A model generated the notes under the pieces. It was not told where the DNA came from and did not search any database. It saw nothing but the letters and a program-made list of their open reading frames with translations. 15,593 nucleotides of DNA from a virus: the UHGV virus genome UHGV-0078853. One strand, 5' to 3'. Of this stretch, positions 1-7,328 are shown piece after piece; position 1 is the first letter of the stretch, and each line of letters opens with the position of its first letter. The translations under genes were made by a program, and so were the position numbers.

Positions 1-576
1 ACCACCGGCCCCGCCAGTAGAATTTTTGTTACCGGAAGCCCCGCCGCCGGTTGCTGCATCTGCTTTAATCAGATGCGAAAATGCTTTGTGCTCACGCAGA
101 TACTTTTTAAATTGCTCTGCGTCGGTGGTGATGACATTACCATCTGCACCTGTGAACTTGGTCACAACGTCATCGCCGTCAAATTCGGTCTTGACCATCA
201 TAGCGATAATATCCGCTGCGCTCTCATCAATCAACATTCCAGACAACTGGCTGATAACTGATTTACGTTCCGCGCCGAGGATACGCTCAGCCATTTTGCT
301 AATCTTACCGTCTTTCTCGGCGAGTACTGGCTCATACTGACTGCGCAACGTTTTCTCGAATGCCTCAAGTTCGCCGTTCTGTTTTGCGCGTTCCTGTTCG
401 GCTTTCAGCTTCGCATCTGCGGCTTCTTTCGCGGCAGCGGCGGCAGCTTTCTTTTCAGACAAGAGCTTCTCGTTGTTAGCTTTAAGACCGGATACCAGCG
501 CGTCAACTTCTTCTTTGGTAAACGTGGTCTTAGTCTCTTGTTGTTCGATAGTTTCGTCTTTCACTTCTTCGCTCAT
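1..576 (-). CDS. putative capsid scaffolding protein, N-terminal 192 codons (3' end beyond window edge)
   Basis: Minus-strand frame is open from 576 down to 1 with no stop. ATG at 576-574 has a GGGGA Shine-Dalgarno about 7 nt upstream. Translation MSEEVKDETIEQQETKTTFTKEEVDALVSGLKANNEKLLSEKKAAAAAAKEA... is charged, Ala/Lys/Glu-rich and ends in a Gly-rich stretch; it is missing from the ORF track only because it lacks an in-window stop. Confidence 0.5.
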   Translation of the reverse strand, partial: MSEEVKDETIEQQETKTTFTKEEVDALVSGLKANNEKLLSEKKAAAAAAKEAADAKLKAEQERAKQNGELEAFEKTLRSQYEPVLAEKDGKISKMAERILGAERKSVISQLSGMLIDESAADIIAMMVKTEFDGDDVVTKFTGADGNVITTDAEQFKKYLREHKAFSHLIKADAATGGGASGNKNSTGGAGG

Positions 577-655
577 CAGTATGTCCCCTGGACGTTGGAA
601 TCCGGGCCACCCGGATTTACATGTCAAGAATAAATTATTCCAACATACAAGGCAA

Positions 656-919
656 CTATTCCAGAATATTCCTCACGTAATCCTGCAACATGAACACTTT
701 AAGTCTCAGTTGCCGTACACATTCTGCGTTCTGGACGTCAATAGCTAAATCCTCGTCCGCGTCGTTACTTGGCAGTGCCAGTTTGCACGGCGGCTGCATC
801 ATCGTCGTATCCGGGGATGGAATTGGCGTTTGCGACGGCGCGGGACTTGAGCTGCACGCGCTCAGGGTCAAAAGTGCACACGCTGCGGCCAGGCGTTTTA
901 ATGTACTTAACGACTTCAC
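656..919 (-). CDS. o-spanin (Rz1-like outer-membrane lipoprotein), overlapped with i-spanin
   Basis: GTG start at 919-917 with AGAGGT Shine-Dalgarno. Signal peptide ends in lipobox LSAC, followed by a Pro/Ser-rich mature region (CSSSPAPSQTPIPSPDTT). It begins inside the upstream gene in another frame and extends 109 nt past its stop. Confidence 0.6.
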   Translation of the reverse strand: MKSLSTLKRLAAACALLTLSACSSSPAPSQTPIPSPDTTMMQPPCKLALPSNDADEDLAIDVQNAECVRQLRLKVFMLQDYVRNILE

Positions 920-1151
920 GGGTGATTACCTCTGATTTCGTCTTGCCTTCGTTATCAGCGGCGGCGGCCTTCGATTCATCCTGCTGCTGCCGTTGTGTTT
1001 TCTTAGCTAACTCAGCCTGTGCTTTCTGCTGTTGCTGCGAAACGAGATTCTCCCGGCCTCCGTTCCAGCCGCTGCGATACTGGTAGATGCCGTGTGCGTA
1101 AGCCAGGATGATGAAACATGCCCCCGCTACGACAGTTGCTTTAAGATTCAT
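765..1151 (-). CDS. i-spanin (Rz-like inner-membrane protein)
   Basis: ATG at 1151 with AAGGGG Shine-Dalgarno. Single N-terminal TMD (ATVVAGACFIILAYA), a Gln/Lys/Ala-rich helical region and a C-proximal Cys; the lipoprotein gene is embedded in a second frame. Confidence 0.6.
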   Translation of the reverse strand: MNLKATVVAGACFIILAYAHGIYQYRSGWNGGRENLVSQQQQKAQAELAKKTQRQQQDESKAAAADNEGKTKSEVITREVVKYIKTPGRSVCTFDPERVQLKSRAVANANSIPGYDDDAAAVQTGTAK

Positions 1152-1175
1152 GTTTCCCCTTTCTCGATAAGTAAA

Positions 1176-1195
1176 GCCCCGCCTTAAAGCGGGGC
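1176..1195 (-). promoter_or_regulatory. GC-rich leader hairpin (GCCCCGC-cttaaa-GCGGGGC) just upstream of the i-spanin start
   Basis: 7-bp perfect inverted repeat read from sequence; on the minus strand it is followed by UUUACUUAUCG and then the spanin Shine-Dalgarno. Attenuator/terminator or stabiliser role is inferred. Confidence 0.4.
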
Positions 1196-1215
1196 GCTAG
1201 TCCTTATCATTTAAA

Positions 1216-1408
1216 CATAGAAACGGCGTAATCTCAGTAAACCAGTTACTTTTTACACAAGCAATAGAGTATGGCCCTTCCGAACGCGTCAGCGTAACTA
1301 CACTCAGGACTTACGTCCCGCTCCGTTACCTGCCCGCGCCGCGGTCGCTTGTTCATACTTCACAAGCTCAGGTGGAGCTTAGCACATTTTTGGTGAAAAG
1401 TCAACTAT
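1216..1408 (-). repeat. copy A of a roughly 190-bp conserved non-coding promoter-leader element (copy B at 12484-12680)
   Basis: Manual alignment with 12484-12680 shows long shared blocks, e.g. caatagag/ctNtggcccttccgaa, aactacactca, ccgcggtcgcttg, cacaagctcag, agcttagcaNattttt, aaaagtcaa. Roughly 75-85 percent identity by eye, direct orientation. Confidence 0.8.
1376..1404 (-). promoter_or_regulatory. putative sigma70-type promoter inside element A (TTGACT-N17-TAAGCT, minus strand)
   Basis: Minus-strand -35 TTGACT at 1404-1399 and -10 TAAGCT at 1381-1376 with a 17-nt spacer. The same hexamers and spacing recur in copy B. The -10 is weak, so strength is uncertain. Confidence 0.4.
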
Positions 1409-1466
1409 TCGAATAGTTTATTCCAACATTTACAATTGAGTGGAATAACTGGAATAATCACAGGCA

Positions 1467-1489
1467 CTAAAAAGCCCCTTTCGGGGCTT
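1467..1489 (-). terminator. intrinsic terminator downstream of the Ig-like gene
   Basis: Minus-strand RNA forms AAGCCCC-GAAA-GGGGCUU followed by a U-run (UUUUUAG), 5 nt after the stop at 1494. Confidence 0.6.
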
Positions 1490-1493
1490 CAGT

Positions 1494-1955
1494 TTATTCT
1501 TGCTTAGTAACCTTCGCTGCTTTACTTACGGCCTCTATACCATCGGCATCAGTGACTTTAACGAAGTATTCACCAACTGCGTTAACCGTCAGAGACAGAG
1601 CCTCTTCCGGGGCGTTTACCACTTCCTTCCCGTCTTTGTACCAGGTCAGCGCATATGGTGCTTTGCCCGCCTTAACTTCGACAGCGATATTTGCGCTGCC
1701 GTCTGCCAGTTCAGCGTCCTGCGGTTGTACGGAGAAATACACATCACCAGCATCCGCCAGGTACTGAATCTCATAAAGCATACCTGCCGCTGGCAGCGCA
1801 ATACCGGTCTTGTCCGCAAACGGCATATCGTCCACTGGTGTTCCGAGTACACTTTCGTCTTCAATAAACACCACGTTCTCGCCAGAGCCAGACACGCGGG
1901 CGTACTGGACTACGCGACGAGACGGTACGTCAGTTACTTTGAAAAAGCCCATCAT
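1494..1955 (-). CDS. Ig-like domain protein (possible head decoration or accessory protein)
   Basis: ATG at 1955 overlaps the upstream stop (TAATG). C-terminal about 60 aa (YALTWYKDGKEVVNAPEEALSLTVNAVGEYFVKVTDADG) resembles bacterial Ig-like (Big_2-type) domains. Confidence 0.55.
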   Translation of the reverse strand: MMGFFKVTDVPSRRVVQYARVSGSGENVVFIEDESVLGTPVDDMPFADKTGIALPAAGMLYEIQYLADAGDVYFSVQPQDAELADGSANIAVEVKAGKAPYALTWYKDGKEVVNAPEEALSLTVNAVGEYFVKVTDADGIEAVSKAAKVTKQE

Positions 1956-3031
1956 TATTCCCCTTTCAGATAATCAGCAACACGTTTATCGAGTTCCGCC
2001 ATCTGCTTAAGCGTGAGCGGATTCCCGAAACCATCTACAGATATTACGCGAAACTCTTCCGGCGATATACCGCTGTTACGGAAAATCTTACCTCGCACCG
2101 GGCCGAGCGCCTGGTCCTGAAACCACGCCGGTTGTTGTTCAAGGAACTCGTAGTAAGTGGTGTCTACGCTTACCTGAGTGCCACCTTCCGCGCCTTTAGC
2201 CGCGCGTTTTGCGCCTTTATCGAGGAAGTCGAACTCGGAACTGATTACCGGAGCCGTGCACGACCGGCAGTTCGGATGGGCAGGGGGCATCGGCCCCTTA
2301 CCAATTTCCCACGTCATCCCGTCTCTGACCCTGCAAATCGTACTGGTGCGGCTGTCAAGCGTTGACACCCACTCGTACTTCTCTATGATGTCGTCGTTCT
2401 GGCGGTACGTCTCGTTACGGGCTTCGTTGGACACGTGAGACAGCGCGGTGCGGATGACGGTAGCGGCGTTACGCTCAGAGATGTCCGCCAGCCCACCGGC
2501 GCCTACTACATTCTTAACAATCTGCCGTGTTGTTTGACCTTGTACAAAGCCCATCTTAACGCCGGTTACAAGACGTGCTACTTCCGTTTCACCCCAACCT
2601 GACATCAGTTTAGTGAAATCAACTGGCTTGCCACTCAATGATAATGGCTGAAACTCAGCAGCGGCCCACACCTGTTCGGCGGTGGGCGTAACAAATTCCG
2701 CATCTACGTTGGCGGTCAGGGTCTTTACGTTCCACTCAGCTTCATACACCGCCAGTTCCTTGAGGTCTTCTGCCAGCTTTGTTTGCCAGTCACCAGTAAG
2801 TCCTGTCAGTACTTCTTCAAGGTCACGTAACAGTTTATTCAGTCGCGCAGTGCTGCGACCGTCGTCGCCGAATAGCAGCACCTGCCGTTTGATTTCGTCC
2901 CGCATCTCCTTAATGAACGGCGCGAGGTCTTTCACCTCACCGGATGCGGTTCGTTGCAGCCATATCTGGTGGCTGATTAGTGATGTAAGTAAGCTCATAG
3001 ATAAACCCTGTGGCGCTAAAGTTAATAGCAT
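1955..3031 (-). CDS. head morphogenesis protein (phage Mu F-like / SPP1 gp7 family)
   Basis: Motifs YEWVSTLDSRTSTICRVRDGMTW and PPAHPNCRSCTAP match the Mu F-like domain; sits immediately downstream of portal. Start is either ATG 3031 (no Shine-Dalgarno) or ATG 2998. Confidence 0.8.
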   Translation of the reverse strand: MLLTLAPQGLSMSLLTSLISHQIWLQRTASGEVKDLAPFIKEMRDEIKRQVLLFGDDGRSTARLNKLLRDLEEVLTGLTGDWQTKLAEDLKELAVYEAEWNVKTLTANVDAEFVTPTAEQVWAAAEFQPLSLSGKPVDFTKLMSGWGETEVARLVTGVKMGFVQGQTTRQIVKNVVGAGGLADISERNAATVIRTALSHVSNEARNETYRQNDDIIEKYEWVSTLDSRTSTICRVRDGMTWEIGKGPMPPAHPNCRSCTAPVISSEFDFLDKGAKRAAKGAEGGTQVSVDTTYYEFLEQQPAWFQDQALGPVRGKIFRNSGISPEEFRVISVDGFGNPLTLKQMAELDKRVADYLKGE

Positions 3032-3041
3032 ACTATAAGAA

Positions 3042-3057
3042 AGCCCCTTTCGGGGCT
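3042..3057 (-). promoter_or_regulatory. hairpin AGCCCC-GAAA-GGGGCU between portal and head morphogenesis genes (terminator-like or stabiliser)
   Basis: Same core stem-loop sequence as the terminator at 1472-1489; on the minus strand it is followed by UUUCUUAUAG. Confidence 0.4.
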
Positions 3058-3067
3058 ATATGTGAAC

Positions 3068-4561
3068 TTACTGCTGGGTGGGGTCTTTTTGCTGCGCCGA
3101 CTGCGGAATCTCCCCAGCCACCTGAGCAACAGCACCTAATGGCAGAGGCGCATCCTCAATAGCGTTCTGAATGTCCTCGTCTGTCCAGTCAGTTACCCCC
3201 GCCTTACGCAACGCAGCATAGTAAGCGGTAGCCGGTAACAGGCCCGCGTTAATATCCGCCATCCACTGCGCGCGGTCCTGAGCGGTCATTGGTTGCAGGA
3301 AGAACTCCATGTTCAGTTTGAACTCAATTTCAGTGCTGTCGCTAATCCCAAGCATACCCGCGACCCAGCGCAACGCATCGGTATACGCCATGCTTACGTT
3401 ACGTGCGATTGTTGCCATAACGGACGTATCAGCGCCGCGTTGCAGGCGTGCCGATTCCGCGGTGATTTGCTGCGTCGGGGTAATAAGCTGTGCACCAATC
3501 TGGATTGCCTGGTTCTCTTTATCCAACATGTTCTGCTTGGCTAGGTTGTTCTCACCGGCCTGGACCAGAAACGCATTGCCGCCGTAACCGATGTTATGGC
3601 CGGAACGTGACCCCATACGCACTCCGTGAGGGTTGGCTTCTTTCCATTGCCCCATGCTCATGTTCTCACCGGGGGCGATGAACAGAGTAGGCTGGCCTAC
3701 GACGAAGCTGGACTCCTCATTGTCCGCGCTGTTGCGGAAGTGCCCGATATTAAGTTCAGCCAACGGCAGCAAAGGTGCATCGTCAGGGGTTGAGTCGTTA
3801 TTCCCTGCACCAATGAATGTGAACGGAATCACCCCGACCGGAATATTACCGAGTTTCGGGAATATTTCGATATAGCCACCTTCCATCAGTGCACCTTTCT
3901 GGTTAAAGCGGTACAGACGCTGGCGATACTGGCCTTCGAAAATATCAAGGACGCGGTATTGCTCGCCGTAGTTGGGGCTGAACTCATCCGCGCCATCGGT
4001 GTACTCGTATTCCTCACGCAATACAACCATAACCACACGATTAACAGACCCGACGCGCTGGAGACGCCAGTTGATGATATTCTCTGCGGTGTAGAAAGCG
4101 ATTGTTGGGTTTAGTAAACCCTCGTTTTGCTCTGCCATGGTAGCTACTTCTACCGCGGGGGCGTCAACCAGCAACCCACCGCGACCAACAGCATCAATCT
4201 CATACAGAGTATCCTGTGCGTGCTGCCACAGGCCAACGCCCGACCCGTCACAGTTAGTGGTCAGGTATTCCATCTGAGACGGAATAATCATCTCGGGGTC
4301 TTTGCGCATTACGCTGCCGACCATGCCTGAAAGCGTTCGCTTGGTGAAGTTGTAGCAAATTGCCCCCGCTTCGTATTCAGCCTGACGCTGGCGACCGTAA
4401 ACCGGGTCCGGCTCGTTCTTACTGACGTCACGTAGATACGATGTCAGGTCGCCAGAAAGAGCATGTCGCACCTTCTGCCACTTAGGGAAATACTCTTCGT
4501 ACTGGCGGTGGCGGGTTTTAACGTTCTGCCCTTGCCCTGCGTTAATGTTTGCGGAAACCAT
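3068..4561 (-). CDS. portal protein
   Basis: 497-aa ORF directly between terminase large subunit and the Mu F-like gene, the canonical portal position; ATG 4561 with AAGAGGA Shine-Dalgarno. Assignment is by size and synteny, not by a recognised motif. Confidence 0.7.
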   Translation of the reverse strand: MVSANINAGQGQNVKTRHRQYEEYFPKWQKVRHALSGDLTSYLRDVSKNEPDPVYGRQRQAEYEAGAICYNFTKRTLSGMVGSVMRKDPEMIIPSQMEYLTTNCDGSGVGLWQHAQDTLYEIDAVGRGGLLVDAPAVEVATMAEQNEGLLNPTIAFYTAENIINWRLQRVGSVNRVVMVVLREEYEYTDGADEFSPNYGEQYRVLDIFEGQYRQRLYRFNQKGALMEGGYIEIFPKLGNIPVGVIPFTFIGAGNNDSTPDDAPLLPLAELNIGHFRNSADNEESSFVVGQPTLFIAPGENMSMGQWKEANPHGVRMGSRSGHNIGYGGNAFLVQAGENNLAKQNMLDKENQAIQIGAQLITPTQQITAESARLQRGADTSVMATIARNVSMAYTDALRWVAGMLGISDSTEIEFKLNMEFFLQPMTAQDRAQWMADINAGLLPATAYYAALRKAGVTDWTDEDIQNAIEDAPLPLGAVAQVAGEIPQSAQQKDPTQQ

Positions 4562-4572
4562 TTGTTGTCCTC

Positions 4573-5823
4573 TTAAAGTGCGAAAGTCACCGGGATGTTG
4601 ATTACTGGTTTAACCACCGGCATCTCGTAAACTACAGGATAGCCGAGAGCATCCGCCATATGGTCAATGATGCCGTCTTTAGCTGGCTCTCCGTTATCAT
4701 CGTATGCCTGCTGCTCCAGCGTCTTCGCTATCTCGGGGCATAAGTGGTCATTAACCCACAGCTTACCTTTTTCCAGTGCGGTATTCACGGCTAAAACACG
4801 GTCTTTAACCGGAGGGTTGGCGGATTTAGCGCGAACATCGAAACCGGCCTGCTGGAGTAACGCAATATCTGAGATTGACGCCGAGTTGGTCTTGCGGTTC
4901 TTGCCGCTGGCGTCCGGGTAAACGACTATGCGGTGGCCCTGCGACTTCCACTTCTCAGTAATTACACGCACGGTGTCCGGCGTATCAAACAGACCTTTCA
5001 GTTCTGCCACCGCGTGCCAGCCGTCTTTACGTTGCACATACACGGCGCTGGCGTTCTTCGTAACGTTGAAGTCCTGCCCGATGTACAGTGTATCGCCCGG
5101 TTGAATTGTCTCTTTGCTGCGGTGCTTGCGACGGTCATACGCATAATACACGCTGCCGGATGTCAGGTTAACGAACTCACCGTTCAGGTACGCGTTAATC
5201 AGTTGCGCGGGGTAAGTCTCGGTCAGTGAGCTAATGTAGTCAGGCGGCAGGAATCGCGCGTTCTCGTGTGTAGAAGCCTGCACCATCGAGTAACTCGGCG
5301 TCGGGTTCTCTTTGAACTTGGCGTAGACGAACTTGAACCCTTCCGGTGTCGTGGTGACAGAGATGTGGTTAGTTACGCCGGGGATAACCAGACGCATACG
5401 GGCGACTATTTTGTTCCACGCCAGCTCAGCTTTCTCACGGCTCAATACATCAAGCTCATCCACGACCGCAGCAGCGATTTTGAAGCCGACTATCGAGCCT
5501 GGGTTATCCATAGAACGGCAGATAACTGTACCGAGCACCGTCTTACCGCGAGTAACCACGACTTCTTTGTCGCCAGATTTAACCAGCACATCGAGGCCGA
5601 GCAGGTTAGCGGCTTCCTCGAATGTCGGGTAGAAGATGTCACGGATAGCCGGGTATGTCGGGCCGAAGTAACCCAGGCGCGTTCCTGGATGCTTGAGCAT
5701 AAACGTAAGCAGGTCAAGGCAGCCAACAAATGTCTTTCCGCTGCCGAAGCCGCCGACATAGGCTTTGTATTTGTTATCGCAATTCAGGAACAGTGCCTGC
5801 GGTGCGGATAGCTGAATACTCAT
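4573..5823 (-). CDS. terL: terminase large subunit
   Basis: N-terminal Walker A GGFGSGKT, a Walker B-like VVDELD, and an acidic C-terminal nuclease-like region; ATG 5823 overlaps the upstream stop as ATGA. Confidence 0.9.
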   Translation of the reverse strand: MSIQLSAPQALFLNCDNKYKAYVGGFGSGKTFVGCLDLLTFMLKHPGTRLGYFGPTYPAIRDIFYPTFEEAANLLGLDVLVKSGDKEVVVTRGKTVLGTVICRSMDNPGSIVGFKIAAAVVDELDVLSREKAELAWNKIVARMRLVIPGVTNHISVTTTPEGFKFVYAKFKENPTPSYSMVQASTHENARFLPPDYISSLTETYPAQLINAYLNGEFVNLTSGSVYYAYDRRKHRSKETIQPGDTLYIGQDFNVTKNASAVYVQRKDGWHAVAELKGLFDTPDTVRVITEKWKSQGHRIVVYPDASGKNRKTNSASISDIALLQQAGFDVRAKSANPPVKDRVLAVNTALEKGKLWVNDHLCPEIAKTLEQQAYDDNGEPAKDGIIDHMADALGYPVVYEMPVVKPVINIPVTFAL

Positions 5824-6365
5824 TCCTCTACCTCACCCATATTCGTTGTTACAATTTTACCTACAGGCTCTGCAACACTAAAAATAATCTCAGTCGGTGC
5901 CGTTTCTTCGGTGGATTCGACTGGTTTCTCTTTACCGAGGCCCAGTTTAGCTGCGGCGAACGTAGCAGAGATGCCCGCGGCCCCTGTCTCAGTGAAATAT
6001 GCCTCTTCCAGCGCCTGTGCTGTTTCATAGGCTTCTGCAAATGCGGGAATCTCACGCAGCCACAGCTTAATAATCGGGATAGTTACGCCGATGTGTGAGG
6101 CGAAGCGGGCCAGTGACGGCGGTTTATCCTGAATCAGCGGACGTTCGTCACCCTTGGACGTAGGCACAAGTTCCCACGACGTGCGGTCGAAGAACTCGAT
6201 TAGCGCGTCGCAATAATCCGGGTCCCACAGCGCGGCGGAATTACGGGATGATTGATAAAGGCTCTGTTTACCGCGCGGTCGTTTACGGCGGCGGTTTGCA
6301 CTAACAGCTTCTTCATGTGCAGCTTGCACCACCTCTGGCGATGGCTGCTTGAGTTTCAGCTTCAT
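5820..6365 (-). CDS. putative terminase small subunit
   Basis: Immediately upstream of and coupled to terL; basic N-terminus (RRRKRPRGK) and a helix-turn-helix-like middle region. Start taken as ATG 6365 (AAGGGG Shine-Dalgarno) rather than the track start at 6404. Assignment is mainly by position. Confidence 0.5.
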   Translation of the reverse strand: MKLKLKQPSPEVVQAAHEEAVSANRRRKRPRGKQSLYQSSRNSAALWDPDYCDALIEFFDRTSWELVPTSKGDERPLIQDKPPSLARFASHIGVTIPIIKLWLREIPAFAEAYETAQALEEAYFTETGAAGISATFAAAKLGLGKEKPVESTEETAPTEIIFSVAEPVGKIVTTNMGEVEE

Positions 6366-6430
6366 AGAATCCCCTTGCATATGCGTCTGACCATCAGAGC
6401 GCATCAGACGCGCCCTACGCGTCTAAAGGG

Positions 6431-6460
6431 ATTATATAAGGTGATTGGGCAGGATGTACA
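6431..6460 (-). promoter_or_regulatory. putative promoter for the terminase operon (TGTACA-N18-TATAAT, minus strand)
   Basis: Perfect -10 TATAAT at 6436-6431 on the minus strand; weak -35 TGTACA at 6460-6455. Confidence 0.4.
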
Positions 6461-6483
6461 GAAAAGCCCTCGGTAGAGGGCTT
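6461..6483 (-). terminator. intrinsic terminator-like hairpin after the micro-gene array
   Basis: AAGCCCTC-ggta-GAGGGCTT 8-bp stem; on the minus strand it is followed by UUUUCUGU. Confidence 0.45.
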
Positions 6484-6486
6484 GTA

Positions 6487-6588
6487 TCAGTTGTATAGGC
6501 CGTGGCGTGGTGCTCTTTTACCGTCGCCACCGTAATGGTCGTTAGCTACGGGAATGGCCCGGGCGTTAGGGATGATTAGTAGTCTCAT
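6487..6588 (-). CDS. hypothetical micro-protein (33 aa)
   Basis: ATG 6588 overlaps the upstream stop as ATGA; translation MRLLIIPNARAIPVANDHYGGDGKRAPRHGLYN; no independent support. Confidence 0.25.
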   Translation of the reverse strand: MRLLIIPNARAIPVANDHYGGDGKRAPRHGLYN

Positions 6589-6743
6589 TTGAAGAAACCA
6601 TCCTTGACAAGCTGACGGTATAGTTTAGCTGCGTAACGCTCTGCCTGGCCTTTGCGCCGAAATATTTTCCCATTAACTGAATACTTATTTAACTCTGGCT
6701 CGTACCAAACTTGGTTGTCGATGAACTCCAGAATACTAATCAT
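6585..6743 (-). CDS. hypothetical small protein (52 aa)
   Basis: ATG 6743 overlaps the upstream stop (ATGA) with a GAGGGGAG Shine-Dalgarno-like run upstream; below the ORF-track size cut-off. Confidence 0.4.
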   Translation of the reverse strand: MISILEFIDNQVWYEPELNKYSVNGKIFRRKGQAERYAAKLYRQLVKDGFFK

Positions 6744-6976
6744 TCCCCACTCCCCTCTTTAGCAATACGTTGCTCTGTTTTAGTAATACCCCGGCGCGTG
6801 AATAACACCGGGCTTGTCTTAACGTGCGTCATCAGACGATTGTTATAAATTACATGGCGTTCACAATCGACGTCTTTGCTGTACTTCGCAATCGTCATTT
6901 CGTTGATGCCGGTTTGTCGGCATGTCTCCGCCATCGTGCCAAATTCTTTAATCAGGTTCGGAATGCTGGTAATCAT
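6740..6976 (-). CDS. hypothetical protein (78 aa)
   Basis: Track ORF 6740-7000; the start is more likely ATG 6976, which overlaps the upstream stop as ATGA. Confidence 0.5.
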   Translation of the reverse strand: MITSIPNLIKEFGTMAETCRQTGINEMTIAKYSKDVDCERHVIYNNRLMTHVKTSPVLFTRRGITKTEQRIAKEGSGE

Positions 6977-7143
6977 CCTAAAAAATTCCTCGTTGTCCAC
7001 ATCGCATTCGGATATTTATTATCACGGTCCTGTACCACAGCAATCATGTTTCCGCGTTGCACCAGGCAGAAGTGCCGTTGTTGTTCACCGTTGTAGCGAC
7101 GCCAGATTGCTTCTTCGATTGCCGCGTTAATGTCACTGAACAT
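6973..7143 (-). CDS. hypothetical small protein (56 aa)
   Basis: ATG 7143 lies 2 nt after the upstream stop, with a GGGG run upstream; translation MFSDINAAIEEAIWRRYNGEQQRHF... Read by hand. Confidence 0.4.
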   Translation of the reverse strand: MFSDINAAIEEAIWRRYNGEQQRHFCLVQRGNMIAVVQDRDNKYPNAMWTTRNFLG

Positions 7144-7145
7144 AC

Positions 7146-7328
7146 TTACCCCACTATCTCATCGCCAAGCCACGCCGTTTCTCGTATATCGTCGACCACA
7201 CAGGCGGCGTGCTCCCGGCTAATTGCAAAAATGTAGAAGCTAAACTTCTTCCCGTCGGCGTCGATATGGTTAACCGAGTAGGGTTTCCACAGGACGCCAT
7301 CGATAACTACGGGTTCAGGCGCTTTCAT
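7146..7328 (-). CDS. hypothetical protein (60 aa)
   Basis: ORF-track entry; ATG 7328 overlaps the end of the upstream gene. Confidence 0.5.
   Translation of the reverse strand: MKAPEPVVIDGVLWKPYSVNHIDADGKKFSFYIFAISREHAACVVDDIRETAWLGDEIVG

Noticed and set aside
623-628. Perfect TTGACA hexamer on the minus strand upstream of the scaffold gene
   Set aside because: No acceptable -10 element 16-18 nt downstream on the minus strand, so it was not called a promoter.
26-1086. Plus-strand ORFs 26-340, 73-261, 473-748, 690-935 and 769-1086
   Set aside because: All are antisense to better-supported minus-strand genes (scaffold-like frame, Rz/Rz1 pair), lack convincing Shine-Dalgarno sites and have low-complexity products; treated as shadow ORFs.
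1216-1408. Conserved element as a tRNA, attachment site or coding gene
   Set aside because: No cloverleaf-compatible arms or GTTC-type T-loop were seen; both copies sit between phage genes rather than at a prophage boundary; the only ORF in copy B (21 codons, plus strand) has no start codon at the equivalent position in copy A.
1500-1973. Plus-strand 157-aa ORF
   Set aside because: Fully antisense to the Ig-like gene, which has coupled-start context; its Cys/Arg-rich product looks non-protein-like.
5266-5811. Plus-strand 181-aa ORF inside the terminase large subunit gene
   Set aside because: Antisense to terL, which is strongly supported by a Walker A motif and synteny.
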